NCBI GenBank assembly: GCA_013265495.1
Contig: MU058257.1
Coordinates: 186,001 to 250,000 of the forward strand
Direction: 5' to 3'
From: Vicugna vicugna
Taxonomy: Eukaryota
DNA length: 64,000 nucleotides
The notes under the pieces were generated by a model. It was not told the origin of the DNA. It did not search any database and saw only the letters and a program-made list of their open reading frames with translations. The position numbers and the translations under genes were made by a program. Positions 13,503 to 26,400 of this stretch are shown here, one piece after another (position 1 is the first letter of the stretch; each line of letters starts with the position of its first letter).

Positions 13503-13630
13503 GAAGAGTACAGCTCAAGCAGTAGAGCGTGTGCTTAGCACACACGAGGTCCTGGGTTCCATCCCCCGTACCTCCTCTAAGAATAAACAAACAAACCTAA
13601 GTACTTTCCCCACCAAAAACAACAACATCA
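13503..13630 (+). mobile_element. Camelid tRNA-derived SINE inside an L2 remnant
   Basis: CAGCTCAAGCAGTAGAGCGTGTGCTTAGCA...GGTCCTGGGTTCC. Confidence 0.85.
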
Positions 13631-13824
13631 ACAGAGTGTGACTGAGAGGTCCCTTTATATTGGTGGATCAGGGAAAGTGACATTTTTTGACATTTAAATT
13701 GCTCTCTGAAGGACAAGAAGGTGCCAGAAGGGTGAAGGCGGTGGAAAGGGAGGCAATGATCCAACCAGAGGGAGGAAACAGTGTCCTAAGTTTCCAAAGA
13801 ATGTTCTGAGGAATAGGGAAGGGG

Positions 13825-14178
13825 TGGCCCCTGGGGAACATCTGGTAATGTCCGGGGACATTCTGTCCTCACAAGGGGGTGGTGGGGACAGTGCCGGTGG
13901 CACCTAATGGTTAGAGCCAGGGGTGCTGCCAAACTCCCACAGTGCAGGGGACAAACCCCTGTGCAAAGGATTGTCCAAAATGACAGCGGTGCGGGGGAGG
14001 GCAGAGCTCAGTGGTGGCCAGCCTGCCTAGCATACACAAGGTCCCGGGTTCAAGCCACCACACCTCCATTAAAAAACAAAAACAAATAAATAAGTAAAGC
14101 TAAGTTTTAAAAAAAGACAACAAACAAACAAACCCCAACCCAGAAATGTCAATGATGCCGAGATGGAGAGATCCTGCC
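13825..14178. mobile_element. MER20 (hAT-Charlie) split by a SINE at ~13993-14140
   Basis: GGGGAACATCTGGTAATGTCCGGGGACATT...TTAGAGCCAGGGGTGCTGC...AAATGTCAATGATGCCGAG; internal SINE A/B boxes. Confidence 0.8.
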
Positions 14179-15104
14179 CAGAGGCCATTGCAGGCTTGGC
14201 ATCTTCTGGGTGTAGGAGGCAGGACACCACGCCCGGAGAAGAGCAGAGGAAAGGGCAGGGCTGGGAGCGAGCCTGCTTTGCCGGTCTTGGAGAGGAGCTG
14301 ACATCTCACTGTAAGTGTGGCGAGGAGCCCACGAAGGTTTTTAAACTGGGCAGTGAACATGGACTCCCTGATTTTTGGAAACGATGACTCTGGCTCTCAT
14401 GTGGAACATGGCAGGAGGGGCAAATGTGAGCGAAAGAGACCAGATGGGGGGTTTTAAGAGGGAGGCGATGGCGGCTTGGGTGTTCCTAACAGCAGGAGAG
14501 TCAGTGAGGAGTGGAGGCTGGTTTTAGAGGTGGGGCTCACGGGTCTTGCTGATGAAGGGAAGGTGGAGGGTAAGGAGAAAACAGAACTTCAGAGTTTATG
14601 GAAGGATTCATGGGCAGCTACATGGGCATGTGGCCAGGGCCGACAGCCGTCCCCACCCTGGGCTAGGGGGGACCTCAGTGGAGGCTCTCAGGTCAAGGTC
14701 CTGGGCACATCCCAGCACGAAGGCAGCAATTCCCCTGGGATGGCTGGTCCACTGTGGGTTGGGGCACAGACCTGTAAGAAGAGGGGACTGGCTTCCCTGC
14801 TCTTGGCTTGGGCTCCCCGCCTTCATCTTGCACCAGACCTGGTAAATTATGCAGCTGGTGCTGCTTGAAGCTTTCCATTTTGAGCAACAAGATGCTCAGT
14901 GCCATGTACCAAACTGGGGAAGAGCAAGGTCAAGAGGTGCAGTTTGCGACACATTTAAACTCAAGATGCCTGCGAGACACCTCACTGACGAGATCGAGGA
15001 GGCAACTGTCTACCTGCAGCTCAGGAAAGGTATAAAGTTGTAGATAGAAAGCTGGCCCCCATCAGCCTGTAGCTAGTGCTTAAAGCCATGAGAATGATGG
15101 TGCA

Positions 15105-15985
15105 GCTGTTGTGAAAAGCACTAGGATGGTTCCTAAACAAATTAAACATAGAGTTACCCTATAATCCAGCAATCCCACTTCTAGGGATGTATCCCAAAGA
15201 AGTGAAAGCCGGACGCGTCTGCATATTGGCACAGCCAAGTTCACAGCAGTGTTATTCACAAGAGCTGAAATGTGGAAGCAACCACTCTGTCCATTTACAG
15301 ATGAATGAATGAACACAACATGGTGCACACACACAAGGTGACATTATTCAGCCTTAAAAAGGAAGGAAATTCTGGTGGAGGGGTAGGATATAGCCCAGGG
15401 GTAGAGTGTGTGCCCAGCATGCACCAGGTCCTGAGTTCAATCCCCAGTACTGTCATTAAAATCAATAAATTAACCTTAATAATTCTGCCTAATAAAACTG
15501 AAAAAGAAAACAAAATTCTATTTAAAAATTTTAAAAATCAATAAATTAATTTTAAAAGCCTAATTACCTCCCCCAAAATAAAATAAATAAATAAAAATTA
15601 AAATAAATAAATTAATTAAAAATTTTTAAATACATAAATAAAAATTAAATTTAAAAAAAGGAAGGAAATTCTGACACAGGCTATGCCACGGATGAAACTT
15701 GAGGTCATTCTGCTAAGCAGAAGCCAGTCACAAAAAAAACTATACTGTATGATTCCACTTTTATGAGGAACCTCATTAGTTAAATTCATAGAACAGGGGT
15801 TACCAGGGTTGGGGAGAGAGGGAGACAGGGAGTTATTGCTTAATAAGTAGAGGGTTTCAGTTTTGCAAGATGAAGGAGTTCTGGAGGTGGATGGTGGTGA
15901 TGGTTGCACAAAAATGTGAAAGCACTTAACTGAACTATGCACTCAAAAATGGTTAAAATGGTAAATTGTATGTTATGTATATTTG
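15105..15985 (+). mobile_element. L1MA/MB 3' end split by a SINE (15375-15654)
   Basis: L1 3' pattern; SINE flanked by 19-bp TSD AAAAAGGAAGGAAATTCTG (15356-15374, 15655-15673). Confidence 0.88.
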
Positions 15986-16014
15986 ATCACAATAAAAAAA
16001 AGAACGTAATTATT

Positions 16015-16240
16015 ATTATTTATTGACTATTTCCTTTATGCACAGCACTGTTCTAAATTTTTCCTTGTTTAAAACTCATACGACCCCTCATAAGAATCTG
16101 TTAAGGTAGGTATGACATCATCAAACCTCTTTTTACAAACAAGGAAACTACTGACCAGAGATGTTAAGTAACAGGCCTAAGCTCACACAGCTTCTCACTG
16201 GATGAGCTAGGATTTAGACTCAGGCAGTCTGGTTCCTAAG
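16015..16240 (-). mobile_element. MIR
   Basis: GAAACTACTGACCAGAGATGTTAAGTAAC...CACACAGCT...GGATTTAGACTCAGGCAGTCTGG core. Confidence 0.75.
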
Positions 16241-17629
16241 CCCACGCAAATTTTTTTTTTAAGACTGCTACGTGCCAACGGACATTATTGCATGTACTAT
16301 AAGTATCCATGTTTCACAATAAAACACTAACTTTTAAAATTAAAGGCTGAGTTTGCAGCCCACAAGCAGCTAGGTTCCGGCCTTTCACCATATTCCAACA
16401 TCGCTTCCCAGCACGGGGCCTGAAGGGGTAGAAACCAGAAGGGATAAGAAATCATCCAGCACTAATCATTTTATCACCTCCGAAAAAATTGCTGTATGAG
16501 CAGAGACACCCTCAGGCAACAAATGCCAGGGGGCCCCCTGCTGCGTGTGAAAAGGCCAGGGTTACCCACAGCCCCTTTCCTGGTCCTTAGGAGGAGTCAG
16601 CCTGGACTCAGCCGGGCCTCCCCCCAGGACAGGTAGGCCGCGGAGAGAGAGTTGCTGCTCCTTGGCGCTGGAGAGAGATGGTTACTTCTGTGATTTTCTC
16701 AGTTGATCCATCATGTTATCGCTTAAACCTCTCAGACAGAAGCAGCCGAAGCAACCCCAGGCCTGCAGCGGGGACACATGCAGTGGTCGGACCCCGTTAT
16801 TCAGAAGTTCTTACTGAGGAAGCAACGTTAGAGCCGCTGGCAGAGTAGGGCGCGCACCGCGCGTGCAGATTCGGTTGCGGGGTCAGCGTTCCTTGGCTCA
16901 GAAACACATCCCACACTGTTGGGAGCCCATGGCGCTGCACAGGCCCGGGCCACTGAAATGGAGGAAAAGCAGGAAAGGCTGGATAACAAGGATACCGAAT
17001 GTCTTCTCGGCTCAGGTCCCGAGCAGTGGGAAGAGGGGGTGCAGCCTTAGAGTTATCTCGAGGGCAGAACCCACAGATCTGAATGACTCCCTCAGCCCCA
17101 CGGAGGCCCAGGCAGGGCTAGGCCCCAGAGCCGTGAGCAGGCAGCCCCCCTTCCTCAAGCTCCTGTTAGGTGTGGACCTGGCCCGGTGGAACTGAACTTG
17201 ACCCACTGCCATTGCTTTTAAAGCAGTCCTTACCTCTCGGGGCCCTCTGTGTGGTGGGAGGGGCTTTGACCTCAGCTGCAGAGCTGGGTCAGGCATTCTG
17301 CGCGGGCGAGGCCAGGACCCCTCACAGTGAGTGGGCCCTGCCCTCGTTGCACTCACACAAACAGAAAGGGAAGGAAACTGGGTGCCTTTCTCTTATCCTG
17401 ACTTCTAGGAGGGCAATTTATTTTAAGTTCCAATTGAAAAAAAAACAAAAAACAGAAAACCCCTAGCACCTCCTCCCTTTACTACTGCGTACAAGCTTTA
17501 AGCACATACTCACCTCCTCCCACCTCCCCGGCCCACAGCCGCCTTCCTAACGCTAACTGTTCACAGCCATTGCTGTCTTGAGGTGTTTGGGCTCCTCAAA
17601 AATGGGTATAAAGACATTCAAATACATAT

Positions 17630-18165
17630 GTCTGTGTTTTTGTCTGCTGGAGCTGCCGGTAACATACCACAGACTGGGGGGCGTTAAGCAATAGAAATGT
17701 CTTTTCTCACACGTCTGGAGGCTGGACGTCCAAGACCACCACAAGCTTTGGTGTCTGGTGAAGGCCCCCTTCCTGGCTCACAGACAGCCGCCTCCTTCCT
17801 GTGTCCTCACGGGGTGGAAGAGGCGAGGGAGCTCCTGGTGTCCCTTCTATAAGGGCACTAGTCCCATCCAGGAGGGCCCCACCCGCATGGCCTAATCACC
17901 CCAAAGGCCTCACCTCCCAACAACACCCCACTGGGGGTTAGGTTTCAACATATGCCTTTTGTGGGGACACAAACATGCCTTCCACGGGTATCTGTGTCCT
18001 CATCTCCTCTTGCAAGGGCACCAGTCGTATTAGGTTAGGGCCCATCCATATTTCCCAGTTTTGTCTCAGTTAGCTCTTTAAAGGCCCTATCTCCAAATAC
18101 AGTCACATCCTGAGGCACTGGCGGTTAGGGCTTCAATATATGGATTTGTAGGGGATACAGCTAAG
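17630..18165 (-). mobile_element. MaLR LTRs (MLT1A/B-like, two pieces)
   Basis: ACCACAGACTGGGGGGCGTTAA...TCTGGAGGCTGG...CCTATCTCCAAATACAGTCACAT. Confidence 0.8.
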
Positions 18166-19260
18166 CCCGCAAGGGCAGGGAAACGACCGAGGAGGTCCTG
18201 CCGAGCACAGCGTCAGCACAAGGCCAACCAAAAAATGCTGTGCTTAATGTGTTAGAAATAGTTACATTTACAGCGAAGGAGGCAGAGAAACCAGACTGTC
18301 TTGTCATCTTCGTTTCCATTCTCAACGCTCTTAAACGAGGTTTCGAAAACAACGCCTACGGTAGTAAATCTCAGCAGTCGTCAGCCATGGTTTTCTCCTA
18401 ATTTTTCTTTTTAGGACTTCAGTTCTCTGATCCTTCCTCAGAGCAAGGCAAATGTCACAAAAGCACGCAACGCGTTAGCTTCATCTGCAGGAAAGGGCAA
18501 CACAGGAGACCAGAGAACCAGCTCCCTGGGTCACTGGACGCCCACCCAGAGTCCCACCACGCAGAAATACCACGCGGTCACATTCGGTGCATTCCTTGTT
18601 TTGTTTTTCCCCCTTTTCCTCCCTACCAGTATATTATGTTGTGAGGACACGGCTTATATTGAAATCAGTCTTGCTTTTTTCTGTTACATTTGATCAGGCT
18701 CATTTCCTAACATCACGAAAATTGTCCATCGACACGGTGAACGGCGGCATTTATACCACATGGCGTTTCAGGCTGGAATTTACCTAACCCTTCCCAACTG
18801 CCGGAAGCAACGTTTAGGTTGTTTCCAGTTTCTCATGATTACAAACAAGGCTGCCAAACATCTTTGGTACATATCTTAGCCTGCGTTGCTGATCATTTCT
18901 TTAGGATAGATTCCTAGTAGTGAAATGACTCTAACATACACACACTTGTTTTTAAGGTTTGGGGAACATAGGAAAAGGGCTGTCTTTTCAGGTTCTGTGA
19001 CTTTGTGGGACAGGCCCTCCCCTGATGCTGGTCCAGCATCTAGTCCTGTGTTCTTACCAAGGTATCCCCACTCTCTGCCACCTTTCCACCCAAGCACAAT
19101 TATTGTTTCCAATAATTACAGGGTGCTGTGATAGAGACGAGGAATAAAAAGGCAACACAGCTGTTAGTGAGGAAAAAAGGCGAGGAGAGGCGTAGAGATG
19201 CTTGCATTTATGAAGTTACGAAGCCCTTTTCCTCCAAAGAGCTCAAAGGTTTTCTGAGAC

Positions 19261-19401
19261 ATGGTCTCACTAATCCTCGTTGGCCTGTTATTTTCCCTTC
19301 TGATCCTGATGCAAACAAACCTTATTTGTTGGCTTGCATTTTTGCACTCACGGCACAGCTCTTGTTGTTCCCTAAAATGGCTTTTCTATTTGGAACTTCT
19401 G
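19261..19401 (+). pseudogene. Pseudo-exon: putative first coding exon with signal peptide
   Basis: Strong Kozak GACATGG; MVSLILVGLLFSLLILMQTNLICWLAFLHSRHSSCCSLKWLFYLELL; phase-0 donor CTG|GTTGAG matches the phase-0 start of the next pseudo-exon. Confidence 0.5.
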
Positions 19402-19696
19402 GTTGAGGCAGATGAGAAAAAAAGCCCCAACTGGGTCTATTATTCATCACTCACCCTAAAGACCCGCAGGAGGAAAAGAGGAAGGACAATTCATCTCATG
19501 TTAAGAATGAACAGAGAAGTTGAGTAATCCAGAGAAGTTAAGTAACACAGCACCGAGTGAAAGGGGCATTCAGGGCAGAAGTCCTAAATGACAGCTGCAT
19601 CAAGGCAGGTTGTTGTATTTCAAAGTTGCTTGTTTACATCTTTTTTGCATAAATACGTTCACAGATTCTGACCTTGTAGCCATTTTGAAATGGATT

Positions 19697-21620
19697 GTGG
19701 TAGATGGAATACTGGCGCCCCCAAAGCTGTCCGCCTCCTAACCCCAGAAGCTGTGAATACGATACTCGGCAAAAGGGACAGACTTCGCAGATGTGATTGT
19801 ATTAAGGATCTTGCACTAGGGAGCTGATCCTAGATTACTGGGTATAATCACAAGAATCCTTATAAGAGGGAGGCAGAGCTTTTGTGCATCAAAGGATGCT
19901 ATCAAGAGAATGGGTTGTCTTTCTTGATATTTGCATATCAAATGTCTGATAGTAGATTAATATCCAGAATATATAAAGAACTCCTACAACTCAGCAATAA
20001 AAAGACAAACAACCCAACTGAAAATGGGCAAAGGACTTAAATAGACATTTCTCCAAAGAAGATATACAAATGGCCAAGAAGCACATGAAACGATGCTTCT
20101 ACCTCATTAGTCATTGAAGAAGTCAAAACCACAAGAAACCAGCTCACACTCACGAGGCTAATGATAATCATAAAGGCAGACAGTAACAAAGGTTGGTGAG
20201 GATGTGGAGAAACTGGAACCCACCCACTTTGCTGGTAGGCATGTAAAATGGTGCCGCTCCTATGGAACAGAGTTTGGGAGTTCCTCAAAAATCTAAACAC
20301 TGAATTTTCATATAATCCCATAATTCTACTCTTAGATAAACAACCAAAAGAAGTGAAAACAGGAACTTAAACAGAAACTTGTACTCCAGGGTTCATTGCA
20401 TCATTATTCACAATATTGAAAAAATGGAAGTAAGCCAAGTGTCCATCAACCAATGAATAGATAAAATGTGGGGTATGCATTCAATGGAATCTTATTTAGC
20501 CACAAAAGGAATGAAGCTCTAAAATATGCTACAACACGGAGGAACATTGAAAACTTTACGTTAAGTGAAATCACCAAACACAAGAGGATAAATACTGCAC
20601 GGTTCTGTGTACATGAAATATGTAGAACAGGCAAATTCGTAGAGACGGCGAATAGAATCAAGGTTACCATCAGCTGGGAGGCGGAGGGATGCGGAGTGAG
20701 AGCTTCATGGGTGCAGAGTCTCTGGGTGAGGAAGGGTTCTGCAGATAGTGGAGATGGTTGCACTACATTGTGAATGTAATTAATGCCACTGAATTGTACA
20801 CTTAAGAAAATGGTCATAGCTCAAGTGGTAGAGTGCGTGCTTAGTATGCACAAGGTCCTGGGTTCAATCCCCAGCACCTTCTCTAAAAAATAAATAAATA
20901 AATAAATAAAAACCTAATTACCTACCCCCTCCAAATAAATAAATAAATAAAAATTTTAAAAGGTGGGAAGGGACAGACTGGGATTTCAAAATGTAGAATA
21001 GATAAACAAGATTATACTGTATAGCACAGGGAAATATATACAAGATCTTGGGGTAGCTCACAGCAAAAAAAAAATATGACAATGAATTTATGTATGTTCA
21101 TGTATAACTGAAAAATTGTGCTCTACAGTGGAATTTGACACAACATTGTAAAATGACTATAACTCAATAAAAGAAAGTAAAAAAAAAAAGAACAATAAGG
21201 GAAAAATTTTCAAGTTAAAAAATTCTTTAAAAGGAGAAAAAAAATGGTTATGTGACAAATTTTATGCCATATACATTTTATAACAATCAAAGTAAAGAGG
21301 GAGGCAAGGTCAGAATAAAGAGATTCGAGGACAGAGGCAGAGGTTGAAGCGATGTGTTTTGAAGACAGAAGAGTAAGGCCATGAGCCAAGGAATGAGGGC
21401 AGCCTCCAAAAAGAGGTAAGACAAACAAACAAAGAGAAACAAATTCAGATTCTCTCTGGAGCTTCCAGAAGGAACGCAGCCCTGCCAACATCTTGATTTC
21501 AGCCTTTTAAAACTCGTATGGGCTTTCTGACCTCCAGAACAGTCAAATAATAAATTGTGTTTCTTTAAACCACTAAGTTTGCAGCCATCTGTTTGTTACA
21601 GCAGCAACAGGAAACTAATA
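19697..21620 (+). mobile_element. Nested cluster: MLT1D-like LTR containing L1MB (19876-21294), which contains a SINE (~20816-20960) and a young L1 3' end (~20961-21190)
   Basis: The MLT1 halves are separated by TSD AAGAGGGAGGCA (19864-19875, 21295-21306); inner elements recognised by their signatures. Confidence 0.85.
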
Positions 21621-21652
21621 CCCGGATATAAAATCTTACTGTATTATTACAG

Positions 21653-21836
21653 TTCACTCACATGATTGATACGGGAATTCACTAGGTAGTTGATTCACGT
21701 GACTTTTAAAGTTCCAAATCAAAGCACCCCACAGTTTGGGTACAAGGGCTGATCAGCTGACATGAAGGGGCCACTATGTTTGACCAGCGTGTGATCAGAC
21801 TGGAATTCTTTGAGTGACCTGGGCTGTCAGACAGTG
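21653..21836 (+). pseudogene. Pseudo-exon 2
   Basis: Acceptor attacAG, donor GTG|GTAAGT; FTHMIDTGIH*VVDSRDF*SSKSKHPTVWVQGLIS*HEGATMFDQRVIRLEFFE*PGLSDS, whose end resembles [13 protein letters not shown]...LFHMLVDS. Confidence 0.55.
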
Positions 21837-22391
21837 GTAAGTTGTGGAATGGATTCAATTAATGGTATCCCAGAGAAAAATGTTTCTTTCGACAGAAAAA
21901 AAACCTGACAATTCATGCATATTTAAATTGTATAACTGATGAAAATTATAGCTGTGTGACACACGGGGGACCGTATTTAGGGACCACATTCTTGTGTTCA
22001 CTGCCTCCCATGTCTTCTCGTCCCTTCTTTATGTGCTCCTGGCTTGACCTCTTACCTCACTGTTCCCCTGAGGGCTGGAACCAGGTCTTACTAAGCTTGC
22101 CACAGCACAGCATTTACATGCTCATCCTTATCTTTAATTCTGGAATGAAAGGCTTTCCTTCTGATAAAGTACTAGGTGGGGAGAGAATGTTCTGGAGCGT
22201 ATTAGGAAAAGCCAGCATGTCCCAAGGACGTCTACACCCGCATATGAGTCACCTAGAGATGCAGAGGCACCAGATTCACAGAAGGATGGAACGTCCGTCT
22301 GCAGCAGCTCCCCACTGTCCCTCCGAACAGCGGAGTCTTGATACCTAGTTTCTCTAAAAACACCAGCCTATGGTTCGTTTCAATTCCTCAG

Positions 22392-22536
22392 ATTCTCTGC
22401 GCTGAATTCCAAAGCCACTTCTTATCCATTTATCACCCTGGCACGACTTTGCTCCGTGAACTTGATAACAGCTAACCAGGTTTCAGACAGGTGCTCCAAG
22501 CCGGCGAATGTAGATGACCTTCCGTGGTGGCACCAG
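22392..22536 (+). pseudogene. Pseudo-exon 3
   Basis: Acceptor caattcctcAG, donor CAG|GTGGGT; SYPFITLARLC and, after a frameshift, RQVLQAGECR*PSVV compare with [20 protein letters not shown] and DLVRMGHLTGLKPLVL. Confidence 0.55.
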
Positions 22537-24744
22537 GTGGGTACAGAGGCCACAGCCACAGACAGAGACTCAACCATCACAGCCATGGGGCTCCGAGGCT
22601 GGGCCCCGTGCCCCATGAGGAGGCAGTGGGTTTTCGGACAATCCCAGAGGTGCCCTTTTTTTGGCTGTTTGGCCGTAAACACATAACTGAGGAGGGAAAT
22701 GCATGAGGCACTGTTTAGCGCTCTGCCAAATCACTTCTTCCCAAGAGCTACCTGATCAGTGCTCGGTTTCTTGCACTTTGCTCACAGGCTAAGTACTGAA
22801 GAAAAAGTGCTAAATCCACCTGCCCTTTCTTTCTTCCTGTTCTCTCCTGTGAAAAGCACACCTCGCGTCCAGTGGATCACTAAACAACAAGCCAAAGACC
22901 TTTGTCAAAAAAGAGCTAGGTAGAAAATTACATACATGTACATATCTGTATGTATGTGGATAACTGAATCGCTTGCTGTACACCGGACCCTAACCTTGTA
23001 AATCAACTGCACTTCAATAAAAAACAAAATTTAGAAAAAAAGAAAAAGAAAGAAAGTGAAAAGAAGTCTGACCGTCTGTCAGTGCCACTTCACGGAACTT
23101 TTTTCCAAGTCACTTCTGTTTTTTTCTAATTACAGAAGAAATGCATTTTACCATAAATAATTTGGAAAATACAGAAAAACACAAAAAAAGAATACAAACT
23201 ATCTGTAATCTTACCATCTTGAGAGACCACTGTCCCTTCTCCCACACCCTCTATGCTCTTACTCTGCCTTATTTTTGTTCACAGCTTTGCTAGGTTATGA
23301 TTACTGTGATTATTTTGTTGTAGTTGTTGCTTATTATCTGACTACCTCAGCAGAATATGAAGTCCAAGAAGGCAGGGTAATGGTTTCCCTGAGCACCAGG
23401 AAAAGTGCCCAAGAAACACTCGTTAGATGAAAAATAAATACTTTGATGTATCAGCTTCCAGTCTTTTTTCCTAGAAAACATATATACACACACTATGTTT
23501 ATGAAGCACCATTTCTGTTAATGTTGAAAACCATTCTATCACCCAGAGCCCCAAAATGCGTATCTGAAATACTCATGGTCTGACAAGGAGAGCCCAGATG
23601 GACTCAGCTACACATTTAATCCTCTCTGAGTGAGTTTCAAAGCAGCAGCCTGGGGGGAAGAGCCTGGGAGAACGGATGGCACCTCTATCCCAGCAGGGCT
23701 GTGAAAGGTGGGCTTGGCTCGAGTGATTTCCCCTTAGCCTCATGCAGCCCTGGGGTGCACACCCATTAACCTGACAGGTGATGGGGTCGTCCCAGAGGGA
23801 GGGTTGAGCAGACTGGATGCAATGGAAGGTCAAGGGCATGAGGGCACCAAGGAGCAGTGCAAAGTGAAGGTATCTGAAGGGGTGATTAACTGACTCTTCA
23901 GCTCCGTCCATGCCTCATCCTCAGATCTTAGAATACTTGCGAGCGTCTGGAGTGACCTATTTCAACACGCCTTTGCTCTGTGTCAGCACTTTCCCTCTGT
24001 ACCGTCACCTTTCTTCTCTTCTCAGGAACAAGGATCCTCCTTCCTCCCCTTGGTTCCTCCTTCCTTGCACTTGTACTTGTCCTCTCAGTGGCGACCCCTT
24101 CCAATAGCACTGGGATTCTGCCCCATCTCCTCTTTCTGTTCTTATCTTCAGTCTTTCCATATATGTTCATTCCTTCCCCTCTTTTCATGACTGTTCTCGA
24201 ACTACTCAGCCTCCAAAATAGCTCTCCTTCCCACTCATGCCACCATCCCACCCCCTCCCTTGTCTTCAGGTCAATCTGATTGGAAGAGAAGTTTACACCT
24301 GTGGTCTTCATCTCCTTCCCCCTACCCCACGCTTTCCTTAACTTCCTTCCTTCTGGTGTCTACCTCGACCCCAGTACCACCAATGACCTTCTACTTGCTC
24401 TGTCTGAAAGCCTTCACTCACCTCGTCTTCTCCGTAGCATCTTGCACTGTCACCCACCATTGTCATCTGTACGACGGCCGGCGAGCACAGTCTCCTTCAA
24501 GTTCCCTGCTCACCTCTCTCTGCACCCTCCTAACACAGCCCACACACTGATGACAAATTAATCTTTCGAAGGTACAACTGTGTTATGTAAGATTGACTTA
24601 ATTTCTTTCTATGGCTAACCCAGTAAATTAGAAAAAGTGTTAAACATACTGGGTCAGGACTTGAACAAGTCATTTAATCAGCTTCCCATCCTTGGAGAGA
24701 AGGTTGAGAGATGTGAGTGAGAACAGGACCCAGAAACCTTTCAG

Positions 24745-24825
24745 CAGACCTTTCATAGCTGCAAACAAAGCTGGTCCAGAGTGAAATTTCACGGTGGTGC
24801 TCGACCCACCGGCAACTGCAGTGAG
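24745..24825 (+). pseudogene. Pseudo-exon 4
   Basis: Acceptor ctttcAG; QTFHSCKQSWSRVKFHGGARP vs [27 protein letters not shown]; donor GTGAGG (24821) or GTGGGC (24826). Confidence 0.5.
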
Positions 24826-24944
24826 GTGGGCACGGCCATCCCCACTGTCAGGCGTTCCTGGGGAGTGTGAACACAGTCAGCGCTAAGCAGTGTCCTGCCA
24901 AGTTGCTGCAGTTTGTTACCTCACCTCTCCTGTTCCTTCTAAAG

Positions 24945-25056
24945 TTATTTTTAGTGCAGCGATGGCCAACATGAGGCACTGTGGAGCCATAATCCTGATT
25001 TATCAGGTACTCAGACCTGACCCTGCACTGGGGTACGGTCGGTAATACCCAAGAAG
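24945..25056 (+). pseudogene. Pseudo-exon 5
   Basis: Pyrimidine tract plus AG at 24943-24944; YF*CSDGQHEALWSHNPDLSGTQT*PCTGVRSVIPKK vs [28 protein letters not shown]...NGLGTFIPDKR. Confidence 0.6.
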
Positions 25057-25527
25057 GTCTCCAGCACCCAGGCCTCTTCGCCAGCTCTCAGAGTCGTAAC
25101 TCAATCCTTCGTGTCCTGGATCTCACCCTGTCTGCTGAAAAGTCTACTCTCAAAACTCTCCTGTCTTTTCAAGGCACAGCCCCTAGACACAGGCTTGCTT
25201 AGGACCAGATTAACATTTATTTATCATTATAATATCATTAGGGGGAGGAAGGGCCCTATTTCTAGTGACCCAAAATGAGTATATGCACCATTCAGTGTCT
25301 GTTACGCCCTCTCCTCCATTTTGTCCGCCTGCATCCTCAGCTGTCGCACTGTTTTTCAGCCCCAAATGCAATCACTGTGGCCACCTCCTAATTCTCAGGG
25401 CTGTTTGGGCATTATGTCCTGCAGGCTGGTTAACAGCCCTTAAGTGCACTCACTTAACACATTGTTTCCAACAACCAACCAACCCCCAAACTCCTCTTCT
25501 CCAATGCATTGCATTTCTCCTGTTCAG

Positions 25528-25845
25528 TACCAGCCAACAAGATCATAACGGATTTTCAGTGGCGGTAAAATGGCTCTATTTGGGCAAAAGGTAACCAATG
25601 GAATGTAAATGAGCAAGGAGAAATCTGTAACTGATCTGAAAGTTCTGAAAGTCAGACCCACATTCATCACAGGTGAGAATGCGCCGGGGGACAGCAAGTT
25701 TTACCCCCCTGTGATTGCACTGAATTTATGCACACATGGACTTACGAGCTGGTTTGAAAGTAGAAGTACACTGTTACTGTTAAGTGGATTAATAACTGGT
25801 TGAATGACTTTACCAGGTGATATGGGTTACTAGATCTATGCCATT
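25528..25845 (+). pseudogene. Pseudo-exon(s) 6/7, 3' end interrupted by L1
   Basis: Acceptor ctcctgttcAG; QQDHNGF, VRPTFITG and STLLLLSGLITG*MTLPGDMGY*IYAI vs [23 protein letters not shown] and [27 protein letters not shown]. Confidence 0.65.
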
Positions 25846-25849
25846 TTTT

Positions 25850-26400
25850 TCTTTTTTCTTAACTTAATAATTTTTAAAATTGAGGTGTGGTTGATTTACA
25901 ATATTATATTCATTTCAGGTGTACAACATAGTGATTCAAAATTTTATAGCCTATACTTCATTTATAGTTATTGTAAAATATTGCTCCTATTCCCTGTGTG
26001 TACAATATATCTTTGTAGCTTATTTACTTTATATATAGTAGTTTGTACCTCTTAAATCCCTACCCCTATCTTGCCCTTCTCCTTTGCCCTCTCCCCTCTG
26101 GTTACCACTAGTTTGTTCTCTGTATCTATGATTCTTTCTTTTTTGTTATATTCACTAGTTTGTTGTATTTTTTAGATTCCACATAGAAGTAATAACATAC
26201 AGTATTTGTCTTTCTCTGTCTGAGTTATTTCCCTAAGCATAATACCCTCCAGGTCCATCTACATTGTTGCAAATGGCAGATTTTAATTCTTTTTCATGGC
26301 TGAGTAGTATTCCATTATGTATATATATATATACACACCCCATCTTTATCCATCCATCTGTTGATGGACACTTAGGTTGCTTCCATATTATGGCAATTAT
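25850..26400 (-). mobile_element. L1 3' end (artiodactyl-type)
   Basis: Poly-T, GATTTACAATATT...GATTCCACAT...GTTGATGGACACTTAGGTTGCTTCCAT; degenerate TSD ATCTATGCCATTT / ATCCATGTCAATTT. Confidence 0.88.
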
